Shown: piece after piece, positions 26,460-35,448 of the stretch
Layout: every line of letters begins with the position of its first letter
Numbering within the stretch: position 1 is the stretch's first letter
From: Gemmatimonadota bacterium
Lineage (GTDB): Bacteria > Gemmatimonadota > Gemmatimonadetes > Gemmatimonadales > GWC2-71-9
Direction of reading: 5' to 3'
Length of the DNA stretch: 39,462 nt
Assembly (NCBI GenBank): GCA_039932125.1
Contig: JBDTQP010000001.1
Location: 1 to 39,462 of the forward strand
Program-made: the position numbers and the translations under genes
The notes under the pieces: model-generated
Databases searched by the model: none
What the model saw: the letters and a program-made list of their open reading frames with translations, nothing else
What the model was told of the DNA's origin: nothing

Positions 26460-28079
26460 GTGATCCTGGAGGCACTGTTGCTCCTCGCGATGACAGGCGG
26501 GCCGGATGATCCGCCTGACATCTCGATCATTCCACGCCCGGTGAGTGTCAGCGCCGCGACGGGTGATTTTCTGCTGACGCCCCTCACGGTCATCTGGACC
26601 GATTCGGCGTCTCAGGGTCTCGGGCGGCAGCTCTCGGATTATCTCCGGCCCGCCACCGGCTATCCGTTCGATGTCCGAGTGGGCCCCCCGACCGGCAGCG
26701 CGATTGTGCTCGAGCGGGACAGCTCGCTCCGGCAGCTGGGGCCCGAAGGGTATCGTCTCGCGGTCCAGGACAACCGGGTGACCATCACCGCTCCGGAAGA
26801 CGCGGGCATATTCTACGGCCTCCAGAGTCTCCGCCAGCTGCTCCCGCCGGCGATTTTCCGGAGCGCCCCCGTCATGGGAGTAGCCTGGATCGCGCCCGCC
26901 GTGTTGATCGAAGATTATCCACGATTCGCCTGGCGGGGCGCGCACCTCGATGTCTGCCGGCATTTCATGCCCAAGGAGTTCGTCAAGAAATACATCGATC
27001 TCCTGGCGCTCCAGAAACTCAACTCCTTTCACTGGCACCTGACCGAGGACCAGGGATGGAGAATCGAGATCAAACGATATCCACGGCTGACGCAGGTAGG
27101 CGCCTGGCGGAAGCAGACGCTGGTCGGCCGGGCCACCGAGGACCAGAGCCGCTGGGTCTTCGATGGCCAGCCGCATGGCGGCTTCTACACCCAGGATGAC
27201 ATCCGGGAAATCGTCGCGTACGCCAGGGACCGATATATCAATATCGTCCCCGAGATCGAGATGCCGGGGCATTCCCAGGCCGCCATCGCGGCCTATCCAG
27301 AGCTGGGTGTCACCGGCGACACCGTCGATGTCTGGACCTCCTGGGGCGTCACGGCGACCATCATGAATGTCGAAGAGAGCACCATCACCTTCATGCAGAA
27401 TGTGCTGTCGGAGGTGATGGAGCTTTTCCCCGGGCCATTCATTCACATCGGCGGCGACGAGGCACTGAAGCGGCAGTGGCAGACCAACGCACGCGTGCAG
27501 CAGCGGATGCGCGAACTGCATATCAAGGATGAAGACGCGTTACAGAGCTGGTTTATCCATCGCATGGATACTTTCCTGAACGCTCACGGGCGTAGACTGG
27601 TCGGCTGGGATGAGATCCTGCAGGGCGGACTGGCCCCAAACGCGACGGTCATGTCATGGCGGGGCGTGAGCGGAGGAATCACCGCGGCACGGGCGGGGCA
27701 CGACGTCGTCATGGCACCTGGGAGTCACACCTATCTCGACCACTATCAGTCTCGCGACCGGTCGAGCGAACCACTGGCAATCGGGGGCTTCACGCCTCTC
27801 GATACCGTCTATGCTTTCGATCCCATGCCTCCGACGCTCGAGCCCGAGTTCCGCAAGCACATCCTGGGCGCCCAGGCCCAGGTCTGGACCGAATACATCA
27901 AGGATCCCAAGCAGGTCGAGTACATGGCGTTTCCCCGGATGATCGCGCTCGCCGAGGCGCTGTGGACGCCAGTCGACCGAAAAAACTTCCCCGATTTCCT
28001 GGTCCGTCTGAGACCGGAGCTGGAGCGCCTGGGCATCCTGGATGTAAATTATCGGCCGCTCGATCGGCCGCTTCCGTAA
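26460..28079 (+). CDS. GH20 beta-N-acetylhexosaminidase
   Basis: HLDVCRHF, NSFHWHLTEDQGWRIEIKRYP, the catalytic pair in HIGGDE, and VMSWRG. GTG start with only a weak N-terminal hydrophobic stretch. Confidence 0.9.
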   Translation: MILEALLLLAMTGGPDDPPDISIIPRPVSVSAATGDFLLTPLTVIWTDSASQGLGRQLSDYLRPATGYPFDVRVGPPTGSAIVLERDSSLRQLGPEGYRLAVQDNRVTITAPEDAGIFYGLQSLRQLLPPAIFRSAPVMGVAWIAPAVLIEDYPRFAWRGAHLDVCRHFMPKEFVKKYIDLLALQKLNSFHWHLTEDQGWRIEIKRYPRLTQVGAWRKQTLVGRATEDQSRWVFDGQPHGGFYTQDDIREIVAYARDRYINIVPEIEMPGHSQAAIAAYPELGVTGDTVDVWTSWGVTATIMNVEESTITFMQNVLSEVMELFPGPFIHIGGDEALKRQWQTNARVQQRMRELHIKDEDALQSWFIHRMDTFLNAHGRRLVGWDEILQGGLAPNATVMSWRGVSGGITAARAGHDVVMAPGSHTYLDHYQSRDRSSEPLAIGGFTPLDTVYAFDPMPPTLEPEFRKHILGAQAQVWTEYIKDPKQVEYMAFPRMIALAEALWTPVDRKNFPDFLVRLRPELERLGILDVNYRPLDRPLP

Positions 28080-28116
28080 AGGGCAGCTGGGCGTCAATGA
28101 TGGGCGACGGGTGGAT

Positions 28117-29373
28117 CTAGCGCCTGGTCGTGCCCGGCTGCCACGTGCCCCGCGCCACCGCAGGCACAAAACTCTCAAGTCCACGAGGCGGAAACTCAAC
28201 CGTCTTTCCGGTCTCAGCCGCCATGTATCCCGCCATGAGAATTCTAACCACTTCGTAGCCATCCTCGAACGTCAGGCGGGGCTCCTCTTTCCCCAGGAAG
28301 GCGCGGACAAAATGCCGGTTCTCGGCCTCGTAGCCGTAGGCGGCGGCTTCATTGGGAACCACGGGCATCAATCCCATCTCGGCATTCTGTTTCTCCACCA
28401 GGTCCTCGCCTGATTTTCCTTTTACCTCTCTACTGAAGAATAAATTGAGCTCGCTTTGCAGCGAGTTCCAGCTCATCGAATACTCCGGCCCCAGGAGCTC
28501 GGCTGAGAGCCGGAGCCCGGCCCCCACATAACTCCACGACGTGCTCGCCTCCGCCATGAGGGGCGTGCCGTTCTCATCTTCCAACTCGAGCGAGAGGCTG
28601 GCAAAATCCTCCGAGGGATGTTTCGTGTAGTCAATCTCTTTCCCCATGGTCTTACTCAGCTTCTTCGCGTACTCGGGCCGGCTCCACTTCAGGCTCGCGA
28701 TCCGCGCGCTCAAGCGCACCGGCCGAATCGACGAACGGGGAGCCCCGGGCGGTGTCAGCAGAAAGCGCACGACCTCGACCGAGTGGCACATCATGTCGTT
28801 GAGCACGCCGCCACCCTGGAGGTTCCCCTGCCAGAACCACGGCATGTGTGGGCCACTGTGCTCCTCGGCGGCTCGCGCCAGGTAAGGCCTCCCGGTCAGG
28901 GCGGCGCCACGAGCCCAGATGATGTCCCGGCCCCGGGTGACCGCGGGAGCGAAGAGCTGATTCTCCAGGTAGCCGGTCTTGAGTCCGACACGCTTGACGA
29001 GGGCCATGACCCGCTTGGCCTCGGCGACGTTTCTGGCGAGCGGCTTCTCGCTCGCGAGGCCTCGAAGCTCGCCGCGACCGCGCTCGATGGTGTCGACGAT
29101 CTCTTCCACATTCTCGATGCGGGCCTGATTGGGACCGCAGAGCCAGATCGCGTTTATGGCCGGATCGGCGACCATGTCCGCAATGGAGGCGTAGGCCCTG
29201 GTCTTGCCGAGGTCGAGGCCGCGGGCAAATGCGGCAGTGTCAGCCGCACGGCGAGCGTTCGGGCTCCAGACGCCCAGCACATCGGCATCGCGGACCGCGG
29301 TGAAAGACTGCATATGAAAACGGGTGATGAATCCGGAGCCGATGAAACCGACGCCCAGCCGCTGTTCGGACAT
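28117..29373 (-). CDS. Gfo/Idh/MocA-family NAD(P)-dependent oxidoreductase, cytoplasmic
   Basis: N-terminal Rossmann GVGFIGSGFITRFH and an EKPLA motif. 418 aa with no signal peptide. Confidence 0.85.
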   Translation of the reverse strand: MSEQRLGVGFIGSGFITRFHMQSFTAVRDADVLGVWSPNARRAADTAAFARGLDLGKTRAYASIADMVADPAINAIWLCGPNQARIENVEEIVDTIERGRGELRGLASEKPLARNVAEAKRVMALVKRVGLKTGYLENQLFAPAVTRGRDIIWARGAALTGRPYLARAAEEHSGPHMPWFWQGNLQGGGVLNDMMCHSVEVVRFLLTPPGAPRSSIRPVRLSARIASLKWSRPEYAKKLSKTMGKEIDYTKHPSEDFASLSLELEDENGTPLMAEASTSWSYVGAGLRLSAELLGPEYSMSWNSLQSELNLFFSREVKGKSGEDLVEKQNAEMGLMPVVPNEAAAYGYEAENRHFVRAFLGKEEPRLTFEDGYEVVRILMAGYMAAETGKTVEFPPRGLESFVPAVARGTWQPGTTRR

Positions 29374-29424
29374 AGTGTCTCGTGAAGAAGTCAGAGAGTG
29401 TCTGCCGGGACTCGCCAGGCAAAC

Positions 29425-30030
29425 TCAGGAATAGCTGACGCCCAGCTTGGCGAGCGCTTCGGGAGGACACCCATTCCATTCGGTCACGAAGGTGTTGCCT
29501 TTGTACTGAAGGTCTTCGACACCCAACTTGCTGGAGAAGAAGGCGGACGCCGTCATGTCCCGGAACCGGCTGAAGAAGGCGACGCCATGGCTCAGTTCCG
29601 GCCGGGCTTTCTCCGGCCAGGCGAGATCGTCGGCCAGGCTGGCCCGCTCAGCGGGAGTTGAGTCTACGAAGGCCTTGCCGAACCGGTGATGACATTCGTT
29701 GTCGATCCAGGCAAGTCCGCCACGAACAGCTACCTGGCTATCCGGTCGATCGTTCAACATGAAATCCATGAACTCGGGCGCGCCCGATTCCGTGGCGCTG
29801 CCGGATCGCTCGTCCCTCGGAATGATAAGATCCGCCAGCGCCGAGACCGTTGCATACTCGTGCGCCGTGAAAAATGCAGGCTCGTAGGGGAGACCAGTTT
29901 CAGCGGCGGTCTTCCGGACCCCGGTCACGAAGTCCCGCGCGCGAACGATCGACTCCGGCTTCCAATTGAGTGCCGTCAGCGGCGTCAGCGCCATCAACCC
30001 GAGGATTTCGCGCCTGGTGGGCTCAGTCAT
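29425..30030 (-). CDS. Tat-signal small subunit of a FAD-dehydrogenase complex (gluconate 2-dehydrogenase subunit 3 family)
   Basis: Start refined to ATG 30028-30030 (MTEPTRREILGLMAL, twin-arginine motif). Has the F..HEY..V.ALADLIIP signature shared with the second small subunit at 35449-36009. Confidence 0.75.
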   Translation of the reverse strand: MTEPTRREILGLMALTPLTALNWKPESIVRARDFVTGVRKTAAETGLPYEPAFFTAHEYATVSALADLIIPRDERSGSATESGAPEFMDFMLNDRPDSQVAVRGGLAWIDNECHHRFGKAFVDSTPAERASLADDLAWPEKARPELSHGVAFFSRFRDMTASAFFSSKLGVEDLQYKGNTFVTEWNGCPPEALAKLGVSYS

Positions 30031-30116
30031 GTCCGATACTCCTGGTTGTTGTTCACGCTCACGCTGGGATACGCACTCTGCGACATGCGTTGCAGCGAGT
30101 CTGGTGAATCCATGAG

Positions 30117-31805
30117 CTAGATACTTCCGGCTTTGCGCTGGGAGACGATGTACTCGCTCGTCCGCATCGCAAGCGCGAGAATGGTCCACGTGGGGTTCTT
30201 GTCTGCCTGGGAGACAAAAGGTCCGCCATCGGTAACGAAGAGATTCTTCACCTCGTGAGCCTGGCAGTACTTGTTGAGCACCGACGATCCCGGGTTGTTA
30301 CCCATGCGAACCACACCGAGCTCGTGAATGATGCTCCCGCCATTCGCGATGCCATAGCCATGATCCGCGGACGGCATCGGGTCGAACACCTTGCCACCCA
30401 TTTCGGCGATCAGTGACCGGAACGTCTCCTGCATGTGCTTCACCTGCTTATACTCGTAGTCGCTCCACTTCCAGTGAAAACGGAGCACTGGTATGCCCCA
30501 GCGATCCACCACATTGGAGTCAATCTCGCAGTAGGAGTTTTCGTTGGGGATCATTTCGCCGCGGCCGGAGAAGCCGACGGTCGCGCCGTAGTATTTGCGG
30601 TATTGATTCTTGAGCGAAGCCCCGTACCCGCCGCCCTCAGGGTATTCCTGGATGCCACCCATAAAGCCGTACGCCGGCGGATACAATCCGCCCCACACCT
30701 CTATGTGATAGCCCCGCGGAAAATCGAGCGTCTTGTTGTCTACCCACCACGGCATGTAGACGTGGTTGCCGCCGGTGCCATCCTCGTTGTGGGGGACATG
30801 GTCCATCATTGCGGGTATGAAACCGGCGACATCGGTGCCGGTCGTATCCGTGAGGTACTTCCCGACCACCCCGCTCCCATTGGCCAGGCCCTGCGGAAAA
30901 CGCGAGGAGCGTGAGTTGAGCAGCAGGCGAGCTGTCTCACATGCGCTGGCCGCCAGCACGACGATTTTCGCGTCCACATGGATGTCTTCTCCGGTCGCCT
31001 TGTCGATATAGGAGACACCGGTGGCGAGCCCCCGTGCATCGGTGGTGACCTCTCGCGCCATGGCGCCCGTGACCAGGGTCAGTTTCCCGGTTGCCCTGGC
31101 TGGTGGGATCAGCACATTGGTCGAAGAAAAATTGGAGTTGGTCTTGCAGCCGCGGCCGCACTGGCCGCAATAATGGCAAGCGGGCCGGCCATTATGCGGC
31201 TGGGTGAGAATCGAAAGCCGGCCGGGAATGCAGGTCACCTTGAGTTTGTCGGCCGCTTTCTTGACCAGGAGCTCGTAGCAGCGCGGCCTCGGTGCGGGCA
31301 GAAAATGCCCATCGGGCTCGTTGAAGATCCCTTCCTTGCTCCCATAGATCCCGATGAGGTCATCGATGCGATCGTAATAGGGCTTGATCTCATCGTAGGT
31401 GATCGGCCAGTCGTCCCCCAGTCCATCGAGGCTCTTCCGGCGAAAGTCATTGGGGCCAAACCGGAGCGAAATACGTCCCCAGTGGTTTGTCCGCCCCCCC
31501 AGCATGCGCACACGGAACCAGTCGAACTTCTCACCCGGGGCCCGAGTATAGGGCTCGCCGGGGAGCGACCATCCACCGAGTCCGGCGTCGAACTCGCCGA
31601 AGTTCTGGGCCGGGGTTGACGCGCCACGGCGCGGCGATTCATACGGCCACATGAGCATCGTGGAATCCGTGGTATTGTCCCACATCTGGCCGGCTTCGAG
31701 CATGATGACGTCGGCACCAGCTTCCGTGAGTACCTTGGCCGCCATGCCGCCGCCGGCGCCGGAACCAACAATACAGACGTCATAGGTCTTTGAACGTGCG
31801 CGCAT
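30117..31805 (-). CDS. GMC-family FAD-dependent oxidoreductase, catalytic subunit (copy 1)
   Basis: N-terminal FAD fold YDVCIVGSGAGGGMAAKVL, Cys cluster CHYCGQCGRGC (31146-31178) and C-terminal GMC His region IIHELGVVRMG. No signal peptide. Confidence 0.85.
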   Translation of the reverse strand: MRARSKTYDVCIVGSGAGGGMAAKVLTEAGADVIMLEAGQMWDNTTDSTMLMWPYESPRRGASTPAQNFGEFDAGLGGWSLPGEPYTRAPGEKFDWFRVRMLGGRTNHWGRISLRFGPNDFRRKSLDGLGDDWPITYDEIKPYYDRIDDLIGIYGSKEGIFNEPDGHFLPAPRPRCYELLVKKAADKLKVTCIPGRLSILTQPHNGRPACHYCGQCGRGCKTNSNFSSTNVLIPPARATGKLTLVTGAMAREVTTDARGLATGVSYIDKATGEDIHVDAKIVVLAASACETARLLLNSRSSRFPQGLANGSGVVGKYLTDTTGTDVAGFIPAMMDHVPHNEDGTGGNHVYMPWWVDNKTLDFPRGYHIEVWGGLYPPAYGFMGGIQEYPEGGGYGASLKNQYRKYYGATVGFSGRGEMIPNENSYCEIDSNVVDRWGIPVLRFHWKWSDYEYKQVKHMQETFRSLIAEMGGKVFDPMPSADHGYGIANGGSIIHELGVVRMGNNPGSSVLNKYCQAHEVKNLFVTDGGPFVSQADKNPTWTILALAMRTSEYIVSQRKAGSI

Positions 31806-31879
31806 CTGGGTCCTTGAAGTGTGCTAATGAGTCAGGCTGGCTTCGATTGCCGATTATCCTTCATCTTCGCCCCGCCGCG

Positions 31880-32740
31880 CTACCTCTCACAAATCTCCAC
31901 TGCCTCCCGGAGCGAGGTCAACGGTTCCTTTGTCGGCATGAACTCGTGCGCCAGGTAGCCGGTAAAACCGGTTGCCGAGATGGCGCGGGCAACGGCGCTG
32001 TAGTTGAGCTCCTGGGTGCCGTCGATTTCGTGGCGACCGGGAACTCCGCCGGTGTGGTAGTGACCGATGAAGGCGGCGTTGTCCCGGATGGTGCGGATCA
32101 CGTCACCTTCCATGATCTGCATGTGGTAAATATCGTAGAGGAGCTTGATGCGAGGCGAGTCGATCGCCTTGAGCACAGCGACGCCGAATGCGGTGTGGTC
32201 TCCCATGTAATCGGCATGATCAACCTTGCTGTTGAGCAGCTCGACGCAGATCGTAACTCCCAGCTCTTCTGCTGCGGGTGCGATCTGGCGGAGGCCGGCA
32301 ACGCAGTTGCCGATTCCTTCCGCATCGCTCCGGCCTCGCCGGTTCCCGAACATGGTTATGACGTTCGGCACTCCCGCGCGCGCGGCCCTGGGAAGCGTCG
32401 CTTCGAGTTCTTTCAGTAACATTGGGTGATTCGCCCGATCGTTGAACCCCGTCGCGATAAAGTCGTCACGCCTGGCCGGATAGCCCATGGAGCAGACGAG
32501 CCCCGCGTCGGCAACGACAGGCCATTCATCCGGTTGAAGCAAGTCGATCGCGGCGAGGCCCATCGCCTTGGCCCGCCGGGCGAACTCCGGCAGAGGTATG
32601 GACTCGAAAGGCCACCGCGAAACCGACTGCCTGAATCCTGGCGGCGCAATCGAATGGGCTCCGGCTGATGGGTGGCCGAGCCGTGAGCCAGCGAGTGCGG
32701 CGGCGGAGGCCAGCATCATGTCCCGTCGTGTCATGGTCAT
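31880..32740 (-). CDS. Tat-exported TIM-barrel enzyme, hydroxypyruvate-isomerase-like (xylose isomerase-like fold)
   Basis: Start refined to ATG 32740 (MTMTRRDMMLASAAALAG, twin-arginine). CVELLN and LLYDIYHMQIMEGD...GHYHTGGVPGRHEIDGTQELNY parallel the Hyi family. Confidence 0.8.
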   Translation of the reverse strand: MTMTRRDMMLASAAALAGSRLGHPSAGAHSIAPPGFRQSVSRWPFESIPLPEFARRAKAMGLAAIDLLQPDEWPVVADAGLVCSMGYPARRDDFIATGFNDRANHPMLLKELEATLPRAARAGVPNVITMFGNRRGRSDAEGIGNCVAGLRQIAPAAEELGVTICVELLNSKVDHADYMGDHTAFGVAVLKAIDSPRIKLLYDIYHMQIMEGDVIRTIRDNAAFIGHYHTGGVPGRHEIDGTQELNYSAVARAISATGFTGYLAHEFMPTKEPLTSLREAVEICER

Positions 32741-32795
32741 GCTGCCATCGCGCGGGGCGGCGAATCGGCGATCAGACTGGGCGGAAACACGCGGT

Positions 32796-33638
32796 TCAGA
32801 ACTCCAGCCGCCGGAGATAGCGATAACTCGCGCTGATCGAGTCAAATGGCGAAGCAGGCTCGTCATGCTCCACGAAATAATGCTTGATGCCGGCAGCTTC
32901 ACTCTGGGCAAAGATCCGCCGGAAGTCGATGTCGCCTGCGCCGACGTCCACCATGGGTTGTGGCGCGCCGCGCTTCAGGTCCTTGACATGAACCATCGGA
33001 AACCGGCCCGGGTACTGGCGGAAGTAGGTGAACGGATCACCACCCGCGAGCGTGAGCCAGTAGAGATCCATTTCCAGCTTGACCATGGCGGGGTCGGTGC
33101 GCTGCAGGAGCATGTCAAAGGGGACTTTGCCATCGATGGGAACGAACTCGAAATTGTGATTGTGGTACGCGAAGGTGAGGCCTGCCCGCCGGGTTTCTTC
33201 TCCTGCCCGGTTGAACTTGTCGGCGATCCGTTTCCAGTCATCCATGGTTCGGCGGGCTTCTTCAGGCGTCCAGGCAATCACCACGTATTCGTGCCCGATC
33301 GACCGGGCACGGTCCAGCACGCGCGACCAGCCGTCTCCCAGCTCCTCGAATGCCATGTGACCGGAAGGGGCGCTCAGTCCCAGTCCATCGAGGATGGTCC
33401 GGATCTGTTCCGGCGAGCGATCGAAGTAGCCGGCGAACTCCACCTCTTTATACCCGATCTCGGCGACACGCGCGAGCGTGCCTTCGAGATCGCGCGCCAT
33501 CTCCGCTCGTACGGTATACAGCTGCACGCCAATCCGTTCGAGGGTGCGCGGGTACCTGGTGGGCCAGCTCCATCGGGGGAGCATTGTGGCGGCGAGAGCG
33601 CCGGTTCCGGTCCGCACAAAGGTTCGTCGTGAGGTCAT
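32796..33638 (-). CDS. Tat-exported sugar phosphate isomerase/epimerase-like TIM-barrel enzyme
   Basis: Start refined to ATG 33638 (MTSRRTFVRTGTGALAATML, twin-arginine). IGVQLYTVR, FAYHNHNFEF, LEMDLYW and VHVKD are typical of the AP-endonuclease-2/xylose-isomerase-like family. Confidence 0.8.
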   Translation of the reverse strand: MTSRRTFVRTGTGALAATMLPRWSWPTRYPRTLERIGVQLYTVRAEMARDLEGTLARVAEIGYKEVEFAGYFDRSPEQIRTILDGLGLSAPSGHMAFEELGDGWSRVLDRARSIGHEYVVIAWTPEEARRTMDDWKRIADKFNRAGEETRRAGLTFAYHNHNFEFVPIDGKVPFDMLLQRTDPAMVKLEMDLYWLTLAGGDPFTYFRQYPGRFPMVHVKDLKRGAPQPMVDVGAGDIDFRRIFAQSEAAGIKHYFVEHDEPASPFDSISASYRYLRRLEF

Positions 33639-33708
33639 GAGTCCTCGATCACAGGGCTGGGTACGCTGTCGTGAATCCCTCTCGCCCACGGGATTCCGTG
33701 TAGACTAA

Positions 33709-35394
33709 CTACAGCTCGTTCCGTTTCATCTGGTCGACCGAATAGGCGACCGCGCGAGCGGTGAGTGCCATATAAGTTATTGACGGGTTCTGATTGGCCG
33801 AGGAGGTCATGCAGGCGCCATCGGTCACGAACAGATTTTTCACGTCGTGTGCCTGGTTGTGGCTGTTCAGGACCGAGGTGCGAGGGTTCCGGCCCATCCG
33901 TGCAGTCCCCATCTCATGGATCGTGAGTCCCGGCGGGTTGTCATCCACGTGAGCGACCACGTCCTTGACGCCGGTGGCTTCGAGCATCTCGGCCGCCGTG
34001 ACCGACATATCCTGGAGCAACTTCCGCTCGTTGTCGCTCCACTCACAGTGAATTCGCAAAGCCGGTACGCCCCAGGCGTCCACCTGGTGTTCATCAATCT
34101 CTACATAATTGGTGGGGCGCGGAAGGCACTCACCGAATCCGTAGAAGCTGAAGCCCCAGCCGCCCGGGGTCCGCAGGGCCGTCTTGAAATCTTTGCCGAA
34201 GCCGGGCATATCGTTGCCCCGTCCCCAGCCATCCTGCCAGCCGCCTCCCTGGAAGGCATAGCCCCGAAGGAAATCAGGATGCTGCCGGTTCACATTTTGG
34301 AAACGTGGAATGTAGATCCCGTTCGGGCGACGGCCAGCGGAGTTTGCCTCCCTGATATCCGGCAACCGGCCGTGGGCACCACCACCCATGCAGTGGTCCA
34401 TCAGGTTTCGGCCCAGTTCACCGCTCGAGTTTGCCAGTCCGTCCGGGAAGCGTGGTGTTCTGGAATTGAGCAGAATCCTGGTGGATTCCAGCGCGGACGC
34501 ACAGAGGAAAACCACCCGGGCGGAGAAGACCGTCTCCTCTTTTGTCCGGGCGTCAATGACACGCACGCCGCTGGCGCGTCCCCTGGCCTCATCGTAAAGG
34601 ACGCTGTGCACGACGCTCCACGGGCGTAGCGTCAGCCGGCCAGTAGCCGCGGCGGCGGGAAGGGTGACTCCAAGGCTGTTGAAATAGGAGAAGGTGATGC
34701 ACCCACGCTCGCACGGACCGCAGTAGTGACACGGCGCGCGCCCGCCGTGGGCCTGAGTGAGGATGGCACAACGGCCGATCGTCAGTACTCGCTCACCGTC
34801 GAATTGTCCCGCGAGCCGCTCGCGAACCGCTTTCTCCGCACAGTTGAGAGCCATGGGCGGGAGGAACTGGCCGTCCGGAAGCTGGGGAAGACCGAGCCGC
34901 TCACCGCTGATGCCGATGAACTGCTCGACGTAATCGTACCATGGAGCGATGTCCGCGTACCGAATGGGCCAGTCCACGCCGAAACCATCTCGCGAGTTTG
35001 CTTCGAAATCGAGATCACTCCAGCGATAGACCTGGCGTCCCCACATGATGGACCGCCCGCCAACCTGCCGGCCTCGAATCCAGTGAAAAGGCTGCGTCTT
35101 GTCGAACGTGTACGGATTGTCCCGGTCGTTCACAAAGAACTTGCCACTCCACTCATCGCAGGCGTAGCAGTGCTTCTGAATGAACTGATCCCGTTCCAAT
35201 GCGATGCGGTCGCCGAACCCCTGGTAGTGCAGCTGCCAGGGCTGCACGTGCTCGACAAAGTCGGTTCCGGGATCGATCGGACCGCCGGCTTCGAGGACCA
35301 GCGTTCGCAGGCCTTTTTCCGTCAGCTCTTTCGCAGCCCAGCCGCCGCTGATTCCGGAACCGACGACGATCGCGTCAAATGAGTCATTTCGCAT
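33709..35394 (-). CDS. GMC-family FAD-dependent oxidoreductase, catalytic subunit (copy 2)
   Basis: FDAIVVGSGISGGWAAKEL, Cys cluster CHYCGPCERGC (34699-34731) and TIHEMGTARMG. No signal peptide. Paralogous to 30117-31805. Confidence 0.85.
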   Translation of the reverse strand: MRNDSFDAIVVGSGISGGWAAKELTEKGLRTLVLEAGGPIDPGTDFVEHVQPWQLHYQGFGDRIALERDQFIQKHCYACDEWSGKFFVNDRDNPYTFDKTQPFHWIRGRQVGGRSIMWGRQVYRWSDLDFEANSRDGFGVDWPIRYADIAPWYDYVEQFIGISGERLGLPQLPDGQFLPPMALNCAEKAVRERLAGQFDGERVLTIGRCAILTQAHGGRAPCHYCGPCERGCITFSYFNSLGVTLPAAAATGRLTLRPWSVVHSVLYDEARGRASGVRVIDARTKEETVFSARVVFLCASALESTRILLNSRTPRFPDGLANSSGELGRNLMDHCMGGGAHGRLPDIREANSAGRRPNGIYIPRFQNVNRQHPDFLRGYAFQGGGWQDGWGRGNDMPGFGKDFKTALRTPGGWGFSFYGFGECLPRPTNYVEIDEHQVDAWGVPALRIHCEWSDNERKLLQDMSVTAAEMLEATGVKDVVAHVDDNPPGLTIHEMGTARMGRNPRTSVLNSHNQAHDVKNLFVTDGACMTSSANQNPSITYMALTARAVAYSVDQMKRNEL

Positions 35395-35448
35395 TGGACA
35401 TCAGACTCCCAGCGAACTGGAGTGGGGAACGGTGGCGTGGTGCAGACC

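Noticed and set aside
33673-33696. 7-bp inverted repeat GAATCCC-N10-GGGATTC between GMC copy 2 and the downstream TIM-barrel gene
   Set aside because: The repeat is real, but it has a modest stem, a 10-nt loop and no U-tract, and it sits inside an apparent operon. It could be an mRNA-stability element, but I cannot support a specific function.
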